Shown here piece after piece: positions 22,499 to 40,189 of a stretch of 64,000 bases of DNA (positions within the stretch are counted from its first letter, which is position 1; every line of letters begins with the position of its first letter). Under the pieces are notes generated by a model that did no database searches, was not told where the DNA came from, and worked only from the letters and a program-made list of their open reading frames with translations. This DNA comes from Selaginella moellendorffii (Eukaryota > Plantae > Lycopodiophyta): NCBI RefSeq assembly GCF_000143415.4, contig NW_003314273.1, forward strand, positions 1,890,052 to 1,954,051, written 5' to 3'. The translations under genes and the position numbers were made by a program.

Positions 22499-25387
22499 AT
22501 GGGATGTTTGGCGGTGGCGTTCTTGTTGTGCTCGATCCTGGCGCTCGCGGCGGCGGATCCAGCTCCTGGCAGGAGGATTCACACGCTCTTCTCGGTGGAA
22601 TGCAATAACTACTTCGATTGGCAGACCGTCGGGCTCATGCACAGCTTCCGGATCAGCGGCCATGTCGGGCCGATCACGCGGCTTCTCAGCTGCACGGACG
22701 AGCAGCTCCGGAGCTATGGTGGCATGGATTTGGCTCCCACGCATGTTGTTCCTTCGATGAGTAAGCATCCCGTCACTGGAGACTGGTAAGAAATTTCTCG
22801 TATCTATCTACATTTGTTCTAAGATGTGTTCTTCGTTCTAGGTATCCTGCGATTAACAAGCCGGCTGGAGTTGTCCATTGGCTCAACCACAGTGAGGATG
22901 CCAAGAAAGTAGACTGGGTGGTGATCTTGGACGCTGACATGATCATTAGAAAGCCTTTGCTTCCATGGGATCTAGGCGCAGAGAAAGGAAAGCCAGTCTC
23001 TGCATCTTACGGGTAAGTTTTCGCGACGTTCTTCAATCCGAGACAAGAGAAGTTCTTGATATTGTGATGTTTTTTCGTAGATATCTCATTGGATGCGATA
23101 ACATCCTTGCGCAATTACACACCGCTCACCCAGAGTTTTGTGACAAGGTTGGTGGTTTGATAGCTATGCATATTGACGACCTTAGAGCTATGGCACCTCT
23201 CTGGCTTTCCAAAACGGAGGAGGTGAGACAAGATAAAGAACATTGGGCCACCAACATAACAGGGGACATTTACAGCTCGGGATGGATCAGTGAGATGTAT
23301 GGTTACTCGTTTGGAGCTGCCGAGGTTTGTAATTAAGTTTCTGGGACAGACATTACAATCTTTTCATTTTTGTCACACAGGTAGGATTGCGTCACAAGAT
23401 TAACGATGATGTGATGCTGTATCCCGGCTACACTCCCAGAGCTGGTGTGGAACCTTCTCTGCTTCACTACGGACTCGGTTTTAAAGTAGGAAACTGGTCC
23501 TTTGGCAAAGCAAGTCACAGGGATGATAATATTGTCTACGATTGTAATCGTCTTTTCCCTGCTCCCCCACATCCGGACATGGTACGAACAATGTTATTCT
23601 GATTTCTGTGCTGTTCTCGATTAAGTTTCTTGTTTCCTGTTGTGCAGGTGAGAGGAATGAACGCAAACGAAGATGAAGCTCGAGGTTTTCTCTTAAGCGT
23701 TGAATGCATCAACACAATTAACGCGGGTCTTGTTCTTCATCACGAAAAGCGGGCCTGCCCGAAGCCCAAGTCAGATTATGTGAGCTTCTTGAACTACCTC
23801 TTGAAACCTTCAGCACACAGTAAGAAGGCTTCGGAAACAGTGAATGCCGAGCAGCAAGAACCTCGGCCATATCCGAAAATCCATACCTTATTCTCTGCTG
23901 AATGCTCTGCCTATTTTGACTGGCAAACGGTTGGTCTCGTCCATAGCTTCAAGCTCAGTGGTCAACCTGGATATATCACACGGTTACTTAGCTGCAGTGA
24001 GAAGGACTTGAAAAGTTACAAAGGAATGGATCTCGCTCCGACGCATCTGGTACCATCGATGAGTGTGCACCCTCTCACCGGAGACTGGTACGTCTTTCCC
24101 GATGTCTTGTTTTGCCTTTCTTTGGTGTCTCAATACGTCTTTGCAGGTATCCAGCCATCAACAAGCCCGCTGCAGTGTTACATTGGCTACATCACGTTGT
24201 AACCGATGTGGATTTTCTCGTTATTTTAGACGCGGACATGATCATGCGAGGACCAATAACGCCATGGGAGTTCAATGCAGAGCGAGGACACCCAGTTTCA
24301 GCTCCATACAAGTAAGAAAATCATCTGCTACCTCAAGTCGTGTTTGTTCTGATTGTGTGCTTGCTGCAGCTATCTGATCGGCTGTGACAATGAGCTTGCC
24401 CAGCTTCACACTCGACACCCGGAAGCCTGTGACAAAGTTGGAGGAGTTATTATCATGCACATCGAGGACGTCCGAGCTTTAGCACCACTTTGGCTTTTCA
24501 AGACTGAGGAAGTTCGAGCTGACAAAGCACACTGGGCGACCAACATCACAGGAGATCAATACGCACACGGCTGGATCAGTGAAATGTACGGATACTCTTT
24601 CGGTGCTGCAGAGGTAACAAAGAAAGTACCATACTATACTTTGGTCTTCAACTTTTCTTTTTCTTCGCTCTCACAGATTGAGCTAAGGCACAGGATTCGT
24701 GACGACATCATGCTGTATCCCGGCTATGTACCTCAAGAAGGAAGTGAGCCGAGGGTGTTGCATTACGGTCTCGAGTTCTCAGTAGGTGACTGGAAGTTCG
24801 ACAAGGCAGACTGGCGAAACGAGAACATGACGAGCAAATGCTGGAGGAAATTCCCAGAGCCCCCAGATCCGTCCACTCTCACGACTTCGGACAGAGGCGA
24901 GCGCCGCCGGGACGAAATAAGCATCGAGTGCATCAGCACAATCAACCAGGCACTCGACATCCATCACAGGAAGCACGGTTGTGTTGCTGCTGCTACGACT
25001 ACCACTACTACCACTACTACCACTGCTGCGAACTCCAGCATAGCATTCGGAAGCCGCGGAGAAGCAAAGCAAGGCTCTGAGGAAGCAGTGGTGGTGGAAA
25101 AGTCGGTTGACAGGGAGGCACTCAACAGTTTCATGGCATCCAATCGACGACGCAGTGTTTTGGAGAGATTCAAGCGGCTACCAGTGATAAGTCTCAGCCC
25201 GAGGTACTGGATGATCGCGCTGTGGACGCTCCTGGTAAGCTGCTTCCTGCTGGTTATCTCAGCAATTTATTCCAGGCAGCGCAATCACCATGAAAATGGT
25301 GGGACGAAGAAGATCTCAAGAAGGAGAAACAAGCTCCTGGCGGAGGAAGAATCAAATGGTTCTTCACAGTTGCTAGATCAGCCATAG
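22499..25387 (+). CDS. SERGT1: Peptidyl-serine O-alpha-galactosyltransferase (two repeated catalytic-like domains, C-terminal TM)
   Basis: Signal peptide; twice IHTLFSxECxxYFDWQTVGL...YPAINKP...ILDADMI...WISEMYGYSFGAAE. Confidence 0.92.
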
Positions 25388-25509
25388 CTTAGCAATTTTT
25401 GTTATGTGGAGTTGAAAATAAACCGTTGGATCGCGTGAAATGCGGCGAGCCCTTCGATCTTTTTCTAAGGTTTAAGTTAGGGTACAGTCATTTTATTTTG
25501 CTCCTCTCG

Positions 25510-28500
25510 ATGGGAGGAGCTGTGGCGGAGCGCCGCTTGAGGCCGCTATGGGACGCCATCGAATCGCGGCAGTACAAATCGGCGCTCAAGCTCGCATCGG
25601 CGCTGCAGAGCAAGCATCCCGACGCACCATACGTTGTGGTGAGTGATTTGTGGCATTGTGATGTGCGTTGTGTGGAAGAATGCGTCAAATTGTTGCATTG
25701 TGTCTTGGCACAGGTTCTCAAGGCTTTGGTTCTGGAAAGATTGGGCAAGCCCGACGAAGCTCTTGCCTTGTGTCGACAAGCCAAAGATATGCAGCCAGTC
25801 GATGACATGACTCTCAAGGCGTTGCAGCTTGTGTACCATCGACTGGGTTTATGTAAGTTTCTTCCTTTCGAGGTTAACTTAATATCCTGCCTGTTTTGCA
25901 AGTGGAAGAATCTACGCTTGCTTACGAGAATGCTTGCTCCAAAGATCCCGGAAACATGGAGCTCTTGATCAGCTTTTTCAACTGTCATGTTCGCCAATGC
26001 AATTACGTGAAGCAGCAACAGGTATGTAAGGTTTTGTGTTTTTCGTGACGTCTATCGGACGAGCTTTTCTGACAGGTAGCTATGAAAATATACAAACACA
26101 CCGGAGAGGAGAAGTATCTGTTCTGGGCGGTTTGCAGCATTTACCTGCAGGTATTGGCTTCGTATTTTTCTTGCCAGTTTGATTTTTCCTCAGGCACTTC
26201 AATGTAGGTTAGGCCCGGAAATGCAGCGGAAAAGCAATTACTGGCACTGGCCGAGGCATTACTGAAGAAAAGAATAGACGCAAACGGACTTCATGACTTG
26301 GAGGGTACTTCGTTCTTTTGTTTTGTTTCCTGCTACTAATGGCTGGTGTTATTCACCTGAAAGGTCTTCGTCTTTACATATCTCTATATCTAGCCCAAAA
26401 CAGAATTGAAGACGCTCTGGCTCTTGTGAAAGGCGAAACGGGTGCGTTATTTAACATTCCAATAGAACGCTTAAAACTCCAGGTGATAATGAACAAGGCA
26501 GGCATGTAGTGGTTTGACATCTTTTTCTATCAGGGTGAGCTCCTGATGCAAATGCATAAATACTCCGATGCGGTTGAGACTTACAGGGAGATCTTAAGCA
26601 TAAGGTTGGTAGTCTCGATCATTTGTAATTTACTCGTGTTTCTTGGCAGCTCAGATGACTGGACCGCTATCATGCAATTTATCAATGCGTCCTTGGAGCT
26701 AACTGGAGATTGCTCTACCGTGGACAAAGTTGCTTTGCAACTATCGTCTTTGAGTCTTTCAGCTAATGAGGTTCGATATTCCAACCAAGGATACTTCACA
26801 AACTCCATCTGTTTCTGGCAGACGCTTGAGCGGCTTGGGAAAGTAACTGATTTTGTTAGCAGTCTTCAACGTTTGGAAACAACCGAATTAAGGAGAGGTC
26901 CATTTCTTGCAATGGTGGAAATCGAGTTCAGAAGGCTACTGTATGGTTCCGAAGGTTCAAATGCTACAATGGCGTTGGCTGCAAGCATTTTAAATTATTT
27001 TCAACGGTGAGTGTTTTTGAAGTTATGAAGGAGGTCTCCTCTTACTCCTCTCGCAGTTTCGGACACCTGGCAGGTTTCTTCTCCGATGTGAAACCTTATC
27101 TGTTAGTCTTGGATCCCCGCTCTCAGGAGTGGCTTGTCAATCAGTTGGCTGAAGATCTTGCAGCTTTAGCAGACACGGCCGGACCTATTCAACTCCTTAG
27201 GAAAGAGATTTCAGCATGTCAAGTTCAAGAATATACAGGACACTTAGGAGGTGAGCTAGAATTTGTGTTAGATACTTTTAAAGTTTTACTACAGGTGATC
27301 ATTTGGAAGTTGTAAGGAGACTGGTGAGATTGTATAAGGACAACTTGAAGTATTCCGTGAATTTGGACCCTGAAGAAAACATACTTGGCGAGGAGTTTCT
27401 CGTTATGGCTGCTAGTCTGTTGGTCAAGGTAATGCATTTTGTCCTTCTAAAACTCAAGATCAAATGTTTGCATTGGCTTAGCTGTTTCTTCAAACGAGGC
27501 AATCTACCTATTTCCTTGAAGCGGCCGCTGTACTTGAATTTGGTCTGCACTTAAGGAGGTATCTAACATTATGAAGGTGCATTATGTTCAAACTTTATAT
27601 TCTTTTCGCACAGGTTCAACTCTCATTTCAAGGTTATGCTTGTTAGTCTGTATTCGAGCATCTTTGCGACTTCTCTTGCAGTTGAATGGTGAGTTGGTTT
27701 TTTTCAAGATCATTGTTTTCAGAAGTGTTTCGCTATCAAGGTTCCGGACTTTGGATGTGAAGAACATTCTTTTGGAGTCTGCTTCGCATCATATATTACC
27801 GCTATTACTTGCAGCGCCACATTCGTCTGCGTTGCTGAATGATACTGTCAAGTTTCATGACGATTCCCAGCATGAAGTGGCAGAAATGACCATCATGACA
27901 TATAGACATGGCAATTACTCAAAGGTTTGTGTTTCTTCGCTATTCACAGCACTAAGCTGTCAACTTGCAGATCGTGGAATTTCTGGAGCTGAAGGAGCGA
28001 CTTGAAAACTCTCATCACTATTTACTTGTACGAGTTGAGCTGTCAATTTTTTCTCTGAAGGACAAAGTTGAAGAACTTGATGCGCTAGAAGTATGTATTT
28101 TGTTGCATTCTATTTTCTCTTAGGACTACTTTACAGGCTACTCTCGCGAAATTGGAGAATGGTAATGATCTACTGAAATGGTCTTCGGAAAATCGTCTTG
28201 CAACACTGTCGTTCAATGAGGATTGTGAAAGTCGTCCCTGGTGGTCACCGGTTCCAGATCAAAATTTTTTGGCAAGAAGTTCTCCCTGTTCGACGCAAGA
28301 AATTGCCGCCATCTTTCCAAGCTCAAAGGCGAAGGTAACCGAATGAGTATAAGTATTTTATTCTCTCATATGGATCTTCTAGCAGGCACAAGTGACAGCA
28401 ACTGATCATGAAAGATGGCGAGCATCCGTAAAACGAAGAAGCTTAGTACCACGGCTTTTGTATCTATCCCTGAACGCGTTGTCGTTTGAGAAAGATCGCG

Positions 28501-29303
28501 ATGAGAGGCGCGAAGAGCTGCGACAACACCTCGAGTACTATCTGAAGAGTTTGGACAGAAATTGGAGCACGATAGATGACTTCATCTCGGAATGCAAGGT
28601 AGTGAGCGACCATCCAGTTTATAAGTTGAAGATACCAAGGCATCTCATCCTCCTTCCGCAGGACGAGAAGCTGAACCTTGACGTGGATGCTCAACTCTCC
28701 ATCTTGCTCTTCGTGCTAGGCTGGGAATTGGCCTCATGGTCGTCGTCATCAGAAGATAGAATCGTTCACTTGATGGCTCTCGTCGGCAAAACCTTGACAA
28801 CAGGTGCTACCAATCTACTGCAGTCGTGTGACGACACACTGGGTTTCGGAACAGGCATGCCGGCATTGGTGAAGGTGATCACGGAACCGGTTTCCTGGCT
28901 TGCACTGTCGGCACAGGCATGGACGAAAAAACTCCAGCCATCCTCCAAGAAGAAGAGAAGAGGACAAAGCGAGACAAGCGAAGATACAAGGAACCCATCC
29001 AGGATCATAGATGGTCTCCGGGGGCTCGTCGCCAGCACCACTTCAGCGATTGAAAGGGTGGTCTTGTGGCTGACAAAACGATCTGGAAGCCGAGAAGAGG
29101 ACGAGGTGGAGGCGCTGCTATTGCTGCTTAGAAGTGGGAGCGGCAGTGGAGTGGTGGAGCTGCTCGAGGGATCGTCTCCATTTGCGGCGTGGAAGGCCGA
29201 GGATTTGGCTGCGAGGATTGTGGCGAGCCAGCGTGAAGAAGTATCAAGGCTGGGAGAAGTTTGCAAATCTAGGCTCAAAATTTTGGTGAAGCCCAAGTTT
29301 TAA
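25510..29303 (+). CDS. NAA25: NatB N-terminal acetyltransferase auxiliary subunit (multi-exon)
   Basis: ERRLRPLWDAIESRQYKSALK, KQQQVAMKIYK, RGPFLAMVE, LDVKNILLES, LSFNED..SRPWWSP. Confidence 0.9.
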
Positions 29304-29381
29304 GTGACCATTAGAAAAACTGCCTAAAATTTATTTAAAATGATTCAAGTGTAAGATAGCTTTCTAGACTATCCAAACTAA

Positions 29382-29435
29382 ATCGAACCCGGGTCGTCCG
29401 CGTGACAGGCGGAAATACTTACCAGTATACTACAA
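29382..29435 (-). pseudogene. tRNA-Asp(GTC) remnant lacking the acceptor stem
   Basis: TGTAGTATACTGGTAAGTATTTCCGCCTGTCACGCGGACGACCCGGGTTCGAT: D arm, anticodon arm and T-loop present, both ends missing. Confidence 0.85.
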
Positions 29436-29642
29436 AGTTTAAACCATAAACCCTAGGGCTTTAATCGAAAAGGGGAATGGGGTCAGAGAGCACGAGGAAG
29501 AAGGCGATGTTAATGCCTCGAGGAAGAGCACGGTGGCTCACATTTGTCGACCAAAGGCTGCAGGTACCTGGCGCTCCATTTTCTTTCTCCATGAGTGATC
29601 TTAGAGCTCGGCCTTGTTTTGGGTCTTGTCTTGGCAATCAAA

Positions 29643-32600
29643 ATGCTAGCAGGCAATGGACGGAAGAATCGTCCCTTTGGAGACGCTAGATCCTTCGTCG
29701 TTTGCTGTTTCTTGGTGGAAGCGATACGAGGTAAGATCTTTCCAAGTCTCGAGCGAGCGAGCAACACCTCCGTGTGTGTGTTTTCTAGCGGCGTGTCCAT
29801 TCAATCTCACCGCGCTCGACTTTACTCGAGTCGCCTCCGCTTGTAGCGATCGATCCGAGAACTTTGCAAGGATCCCAAGTTGCTGCAAGAGAATTGACGC
29901 TCTGGTCGGGATCGCCGCTGCACAGCACGCAAACTCGAGCGGAGATCTCTGCCTGTCCAAGCCGGCGGCGAGCCTGTGCTTGAGCTCGCTGGTGGCAGCG
30001 CTGGATTCCAATGGCGTGCATCCACAGGCCTCGCGAGCTTGCGGAGTTCCAATGAGTCTGAGAGGCCAGTGCCAGTGCAAAGCCGCGGCGCGCGTTCGCG
30101 ACATTGTTGGAGCTCCCGGATTTGAAGGGGTGGTGGCGAGTTGCGAGTCTTTTGGCGGTGGAGAGATGAATAGCTCTCGGTGTTCCAGATGTTCCGCCGC
30201 TGCTACGAGGCTCGCCGCCTCCATCGCCGCTCCAAATCCGCCCAGAAGTTGTCAAGAGGCCGTGTTTGTGGCGCTGGCGAGCTTCGAGGATTTTAAGTCG
30301 GCCATGCACAAGGCTTCGTGCTTGTTCCAGCTCCAGCCTCCAAAAAAACTCACTGGTAAGTTTCTTTCTCCTAGAAGTTGATGGATCATTTTTTTCTTGT
30401 TTCGAAGGTCCTAATCCAGAGTTCACAAGTTCATCTTTTTCTTTCCAAGTTCTGGCTCAAGTTCTTGTACTAATAACCTCTTGTTACTTCTCTTGCAGAG
30501 TGTCCACTCAAGCTCACGCCTTGGCAGCTCCAAAACGTAGCAAACGTTTGTAGCAGCAGCGAAAGTCCAGAATCCTCCTGCTGCTCGGTTTCACTCCTTT
30601 TCCTCCGGATCGCGGCCTCGAAACTGGGTAAAACTTCTGGCGATTTCGCCATCCCCCAGAGGCTGGCAAGAGCTTGCATCGACGATCTCGGCCCCCGGAT
30701 AGCCTCGTCCAGGCAGAGAGTTTGCTCCATCTCCTCGGACAGCATCGCAAACTCGGCGAGGAGGGGGTGTAACAACATCGTGAGCTTGCGCGAGCTCGAG
30801 CACAGGCTTACGGAGCGAGACTTTTCCGTCTCGCGTGTTACGGAGACCTGTGATCGCTCTTCGTGCCTCGAGTGCCGACGAGCAGCCTTGGATGCCGCGT
30901 ATGCTGCTGCCTGGCCTTATGTCGACGCCACCACCTTGCAGCACTGCATGGACTTGACGTTTCTCATGCTGGCCAGCAACGCATCCGCGATCAGAGCAAC
31001 GCAAATCGGTGGCTGCTTGTACGCTCTGCCTGGTGAGTCTAATCGAGCGAGAAAGATCTTTGAAAAAAATCCTTTTTTTCCTCGTTCTTTTGTTTTTTTG
31101 TTCGTCATTCTAACGCTGTGAAGTTTGTTTCTGTCTTCCTTGACAGTGTTTACTCCGGAAGACGATGTTGCTGTGACCGCTGTGTCTTCTTCTTCTCCTC
31201 CTCCTGCATTGCCTCCAGCTCGTCCAGAAGACGATGTCTCGATGTCGTTGCTCCCAGATCCAATCAACAAGTTGGCACATCAATCTCCATCGCCGGTCAC
31301 GATCGTGTTGGCGATTGGGATTGGGATCACGGGTGCTACAGTGGCAATTCTCTTGGTGTTGGTGCTCCTGCTGCAACGTAAGAGAGAGGAGAGCGTGCCT
31401 CTGTGGAACAAAGATAGCGCTCTCGACGTCTGGCAAGGATCAGGTAACAAGAGTTGGAAAAATCTCTTCCTCTCTTTTTTGTTTTTGCTCCGGTCGAAAC
31501 TTTGTCTCTTTTATGGCTACAAACAAATATGTCCTTGCTTGCTGCAGAGGCTCTCCGCGCGCTGCGAAGGTTTAAGTACTCGGAGATAGAAAAGGCGACA
31601 AACCATTTCCATAGTTTAATCGGCCAGGGGCGCGGTGCTGCCAGCGCTGTCTACCGAGCAAAGTTTAAAGATGGCCTGGTCGCCGCAGTGAAGAGATTCC
31701 ATGCGGCACCTCAGCCGCAGAGCGAGGAGGAGTTTAAAAACGAGGCACATTTTCTGGGCCGACTCCACCACCGCCATCTCGTCAGCCTTCGAGGATTCTG
31801 CATGAGAAAGAACGAAAGGTTTGGTTTTTTCTTGGTGTTGTCTTACGTTACGTTGTTTACTTCTCCTTAATGCAGGTTTCTCGTCTACGACTTCATGGAG
31901 AATGGTAGCCTCAAGGAGCGTTTGCATTTGCACCACCGTGGTACCTCAACTCAAAAAAAAAAAAATCTCTTTGCAAAAAACGAGAACTTTTGTTTTGCAG
32001 GGAGAAGCAATGGCACGCTTTCATGGCAGAGACGGCTTCAGATCGCCATCGAAGTTGCAACTGGGATGGTAAGTTGTCAAAGTTTGTTAGTTTTAGACTT
32101 CTGGAATAAGAAGAGGTTTTTCTTTCCCTGTGGAGTATAAACTCATCACTGCTGCGTGGGCTCTATCGCTAGGAATATGTACACTGCTACTGCGAGCCTC
32201 CACTGTGCCACGGGAATCTCAAGTCGAGCAACATATTGCTGGACGAGAACTTCGTGGCCAAGGTAAGCAAAGACGGTGACACTGTGTTTTTGTTTTTGGT
32301 CTTCTTCATATCTACGTCATCTTCACGGCCTGTTCCTTGTTTGTTTGTCCAGGTCGGGGACTTTCGTCTTCCAGCGGCTGCCCCTTTTGGTTGTACGCCA
32401 GGTCTGTCGAGTCTATCCTTTTCTGTTTCTTTTTTCGCTCGCTTTTCTTCTTTGTTTCCTTGTGTGTTCTTCGTAGTACTACTCTTGCGAAGCTTAAAAA
32501 TGTGATTTTTGGTTGAGCAGACAGTGGCTACGTTGATCCCGAGTTCTCCCACACGGGCGTTCTCACGGAGAAGAGCGACGTTTACAGCTTTGGCGTTCTC

Positions 32601-33101
32601 CTCCTGGAGCTCGTCTCGTCCAGGCCCGTCACCACCGCCGGCGACAAGCACATCCTCGACTGGGCTCACGAGTTTTACAACTTCTCCGACGCTCGCCTGG
32701 TGGAGATGGTGGACTCCACTCTGCGGGACCAGATCGATCCCGACGAGCTCAAGAAGATCATCACAGTGTCGAGGCTTTGCTCGCAGAGCGAGGCAGCATC
32801 TAGGCCCAGCATGAAACAAGTCGTCAATCTCCTCCTGGACAACGCCATCGCGATCTTCCCGCCGCTATCCTTCTCCGCGACGATCAAAGATGACGATGGC
32901 GATGGCGATGGCGATGGAAAGCAGCACAGGAGAGTAAATTCGGACGATTCGCTCTCGATCCACTCGGCCACGGGGATTCCATCGTTTAGCACCGCGACCA
33001 GCAATGCCAAAAACCTCTTCCTCTTCTCCACAAGTCCTCACGCACCGTCCTTCTCGTCATACTCCACGTACTCGCCCAGCTATTCGTTAAGATTCTCATA
33101 A
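29643..33101 (+). CDS. Receptor-like kinase with two Cys-rich SPARK-like ectodomains; probable pseudokinase
   Basis: Two repeats starting CPF/CPL with CC and CxxC cysteines; TM IVLAIGIGITGATVAILLVLVLLL; kinase AAVKRF, YCEPPLCHGNLKSSNILL, GDFR, KSDVYSFGVLLLEL. Start approximate. Confidence 0.82.
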
Positions 33102-33150
33102 CTATAACACCAAAACTAAAAGGGGGGGTTTAAAAGTAAAAAGGATTCCA

Positions 33151-33271
33151 GGATATTCTCATGCGGGGATATTCCTATCTGGCAGTATAACGACGTCTGG
33201 GTATATTCAAATAGCATGGCGATAGGCCACTGACCAGAGATGCCGTCCACGTGGTTGAATCGGGGATATTC
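33151..33271. promoter_or_regulatory. Cluster of four P1BS (GNATATNC) elements with a G-box
   Basis: GGATATTC at 33,151, 33,167 and 33,264; GTATATTC at 33,201; CACGTG at 33,248; further ACGTGG cores at ~33,360 and ~33,384. Confidence 0.7.
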
Positions 33272-34126
33272 TTACGTATTAAAACGAAAAAGCGTTGTGC
33301 TGACATTGACGCATGGGCTTGAGCGTCCCAGCTGGCAGACACGTTGCCCTAAGTCGATGACGTGGAATTAGATGAAGTGGGGGACGTGGCATTTTTGTTT
33401 TGCATTTTTTAGGGAGCCAGGCATCCTGCCAAAGAGGGAGAGAGTGTAGCAGTCGCCGCTCGCTCGCTCGCTCGCTCGCGCTCGCCCTATTTCTCCCCGC
33501 GAATCTCCAATCCTCTCTTCTCGCAGCCCCAGCGCCAGCGCCATCGCGGTGATGCGATGCGATTCTTCTTGTGCTTGAGCGCTCCACGCTGCTTGCCAAG
33601 GCGATTGACAGGAGAATCTCGTGTTCTTGCCCACCTAATCAATGGGATTCCTCGCTGATCCAGTGCCGGGGCTGGGATTGGACGAGTAGGGTAGAAAAGC
33701 GGCGAGCAGTGGCGAAATTTCTTGGCATTGGAGGAGGTTACTGTGGCATGCGGATCAGGCGAGCGGCGGGAGCAGCAGGAGCAGCGGAATTTCTTGCGGC
33801 GATTGGTGGCGCGGATCGTCATGGCGAGGTTCATACCGACATCGATTAGTTCGCTGCTGCTACTGCATTTCAAATCGCCATGTGAGTGTTTCCAACCCTC
33901 TCTTCTTTGGTAGCTGCCAGATTGAGGAGCATGCAGCGGCTCACCGAAAATTTCCTCCTCCATAGTCACCGCCAGCATCATCCATGCTTCTCTTCTTATG
34001 CCGCCACTTCTTCGTTGCCAGATTCTTCACGCCCCTTAGATTTGTGGATAGATTGCAATCTCTGGATGCAGCAGCCCGGATCATGGATCACACCTTGGCC
34101 GTTTCTTAGGCATCGAATGAGCAAGC

Positions 34127-39571
<5,445 letters not shown>

Positions 39572-39870
39572 AGAGTTTTGTCTTCCATCAGGCAGCAGCG
39601 ACATTCTTGAAAGAGTTCCAATCAGACCGGGGAGGAAACGTTCACACAAAAGTTTTGCGTCCATCCTGGCCGAGGTAAAATGTTCTACAGAGATTTTTTG
39701 TAAGCCTTGGAACCATGTATCGAAAATTTTCCAGGTAGAGAAGAGAAGGAACTTGCGGTCATGTTGTCTAAAACACGAAAAGAAAAATAACTACGTTATA
39801 TTGTTCTATGTACAAATTTGTTCTTTTTGTTTGGTTCCAAACTACTCAAATGTTTGATAAGAACTTCTGT

Positions 39871-39945
39871 AGTAATGATAAGAACGTTTGATCAAGAGGA
39901 TGTTTTTATAGTGATGATAAGAATGTTTTATCAAGAGGATTTTTC
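39871..39945. repeat. Two-copy ~39 bp tandem repeat
   Basis: agtaatgataagaacgtttgatcaagaggat followed by agtgatgataagaatgttttatcaagaggat. Confidence 0.8.
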
Positions 39946-40189
39946 AAACTATAACATAATAATACAGGATATTAATCCGCTCGAGCTCGCTCCTCTTGAA
40001 GCGCTCGTCAAAGAAAAATTCCACTCTTTGTACAAACGCAAGTAATATACGTATCTTGCAATCTTACACCAACCAATATCAACCGTCACGATTACTGCCA
40101 CGTCTGTGCCAAGACTCGGCCTCGCTATGTGTGATCTTTAAAGGCCGAAGCAAAAGTTTTCCTGGAATGTGCCACCGCAGCACCGCGCA

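Noticed and set aside
33340-33445. miR399/IPS1-like pieces (GTTGCCCTA at ~33,343; TGCCAAAG at ~33,427) next to the P1BS cluster
   Set aside because: The matches are short, separated and in the wrong order, with no hairpin or contiguous target-mimic site visible.
33487-33981. 164-aa minus-strand ORF upstream of ABCC5
   Set aside because: No recognisable domain; more likely ABCC5 5' leader sequence, although uORFs cannot be excluded.
39871-39945. Possible C/D snoRNA or CRISPR-like repeat
   Set aside because: A C-box-like GTGATGA is present but there is no D box or terminal stem; only two adjacent copies in eukaryotic DNA.
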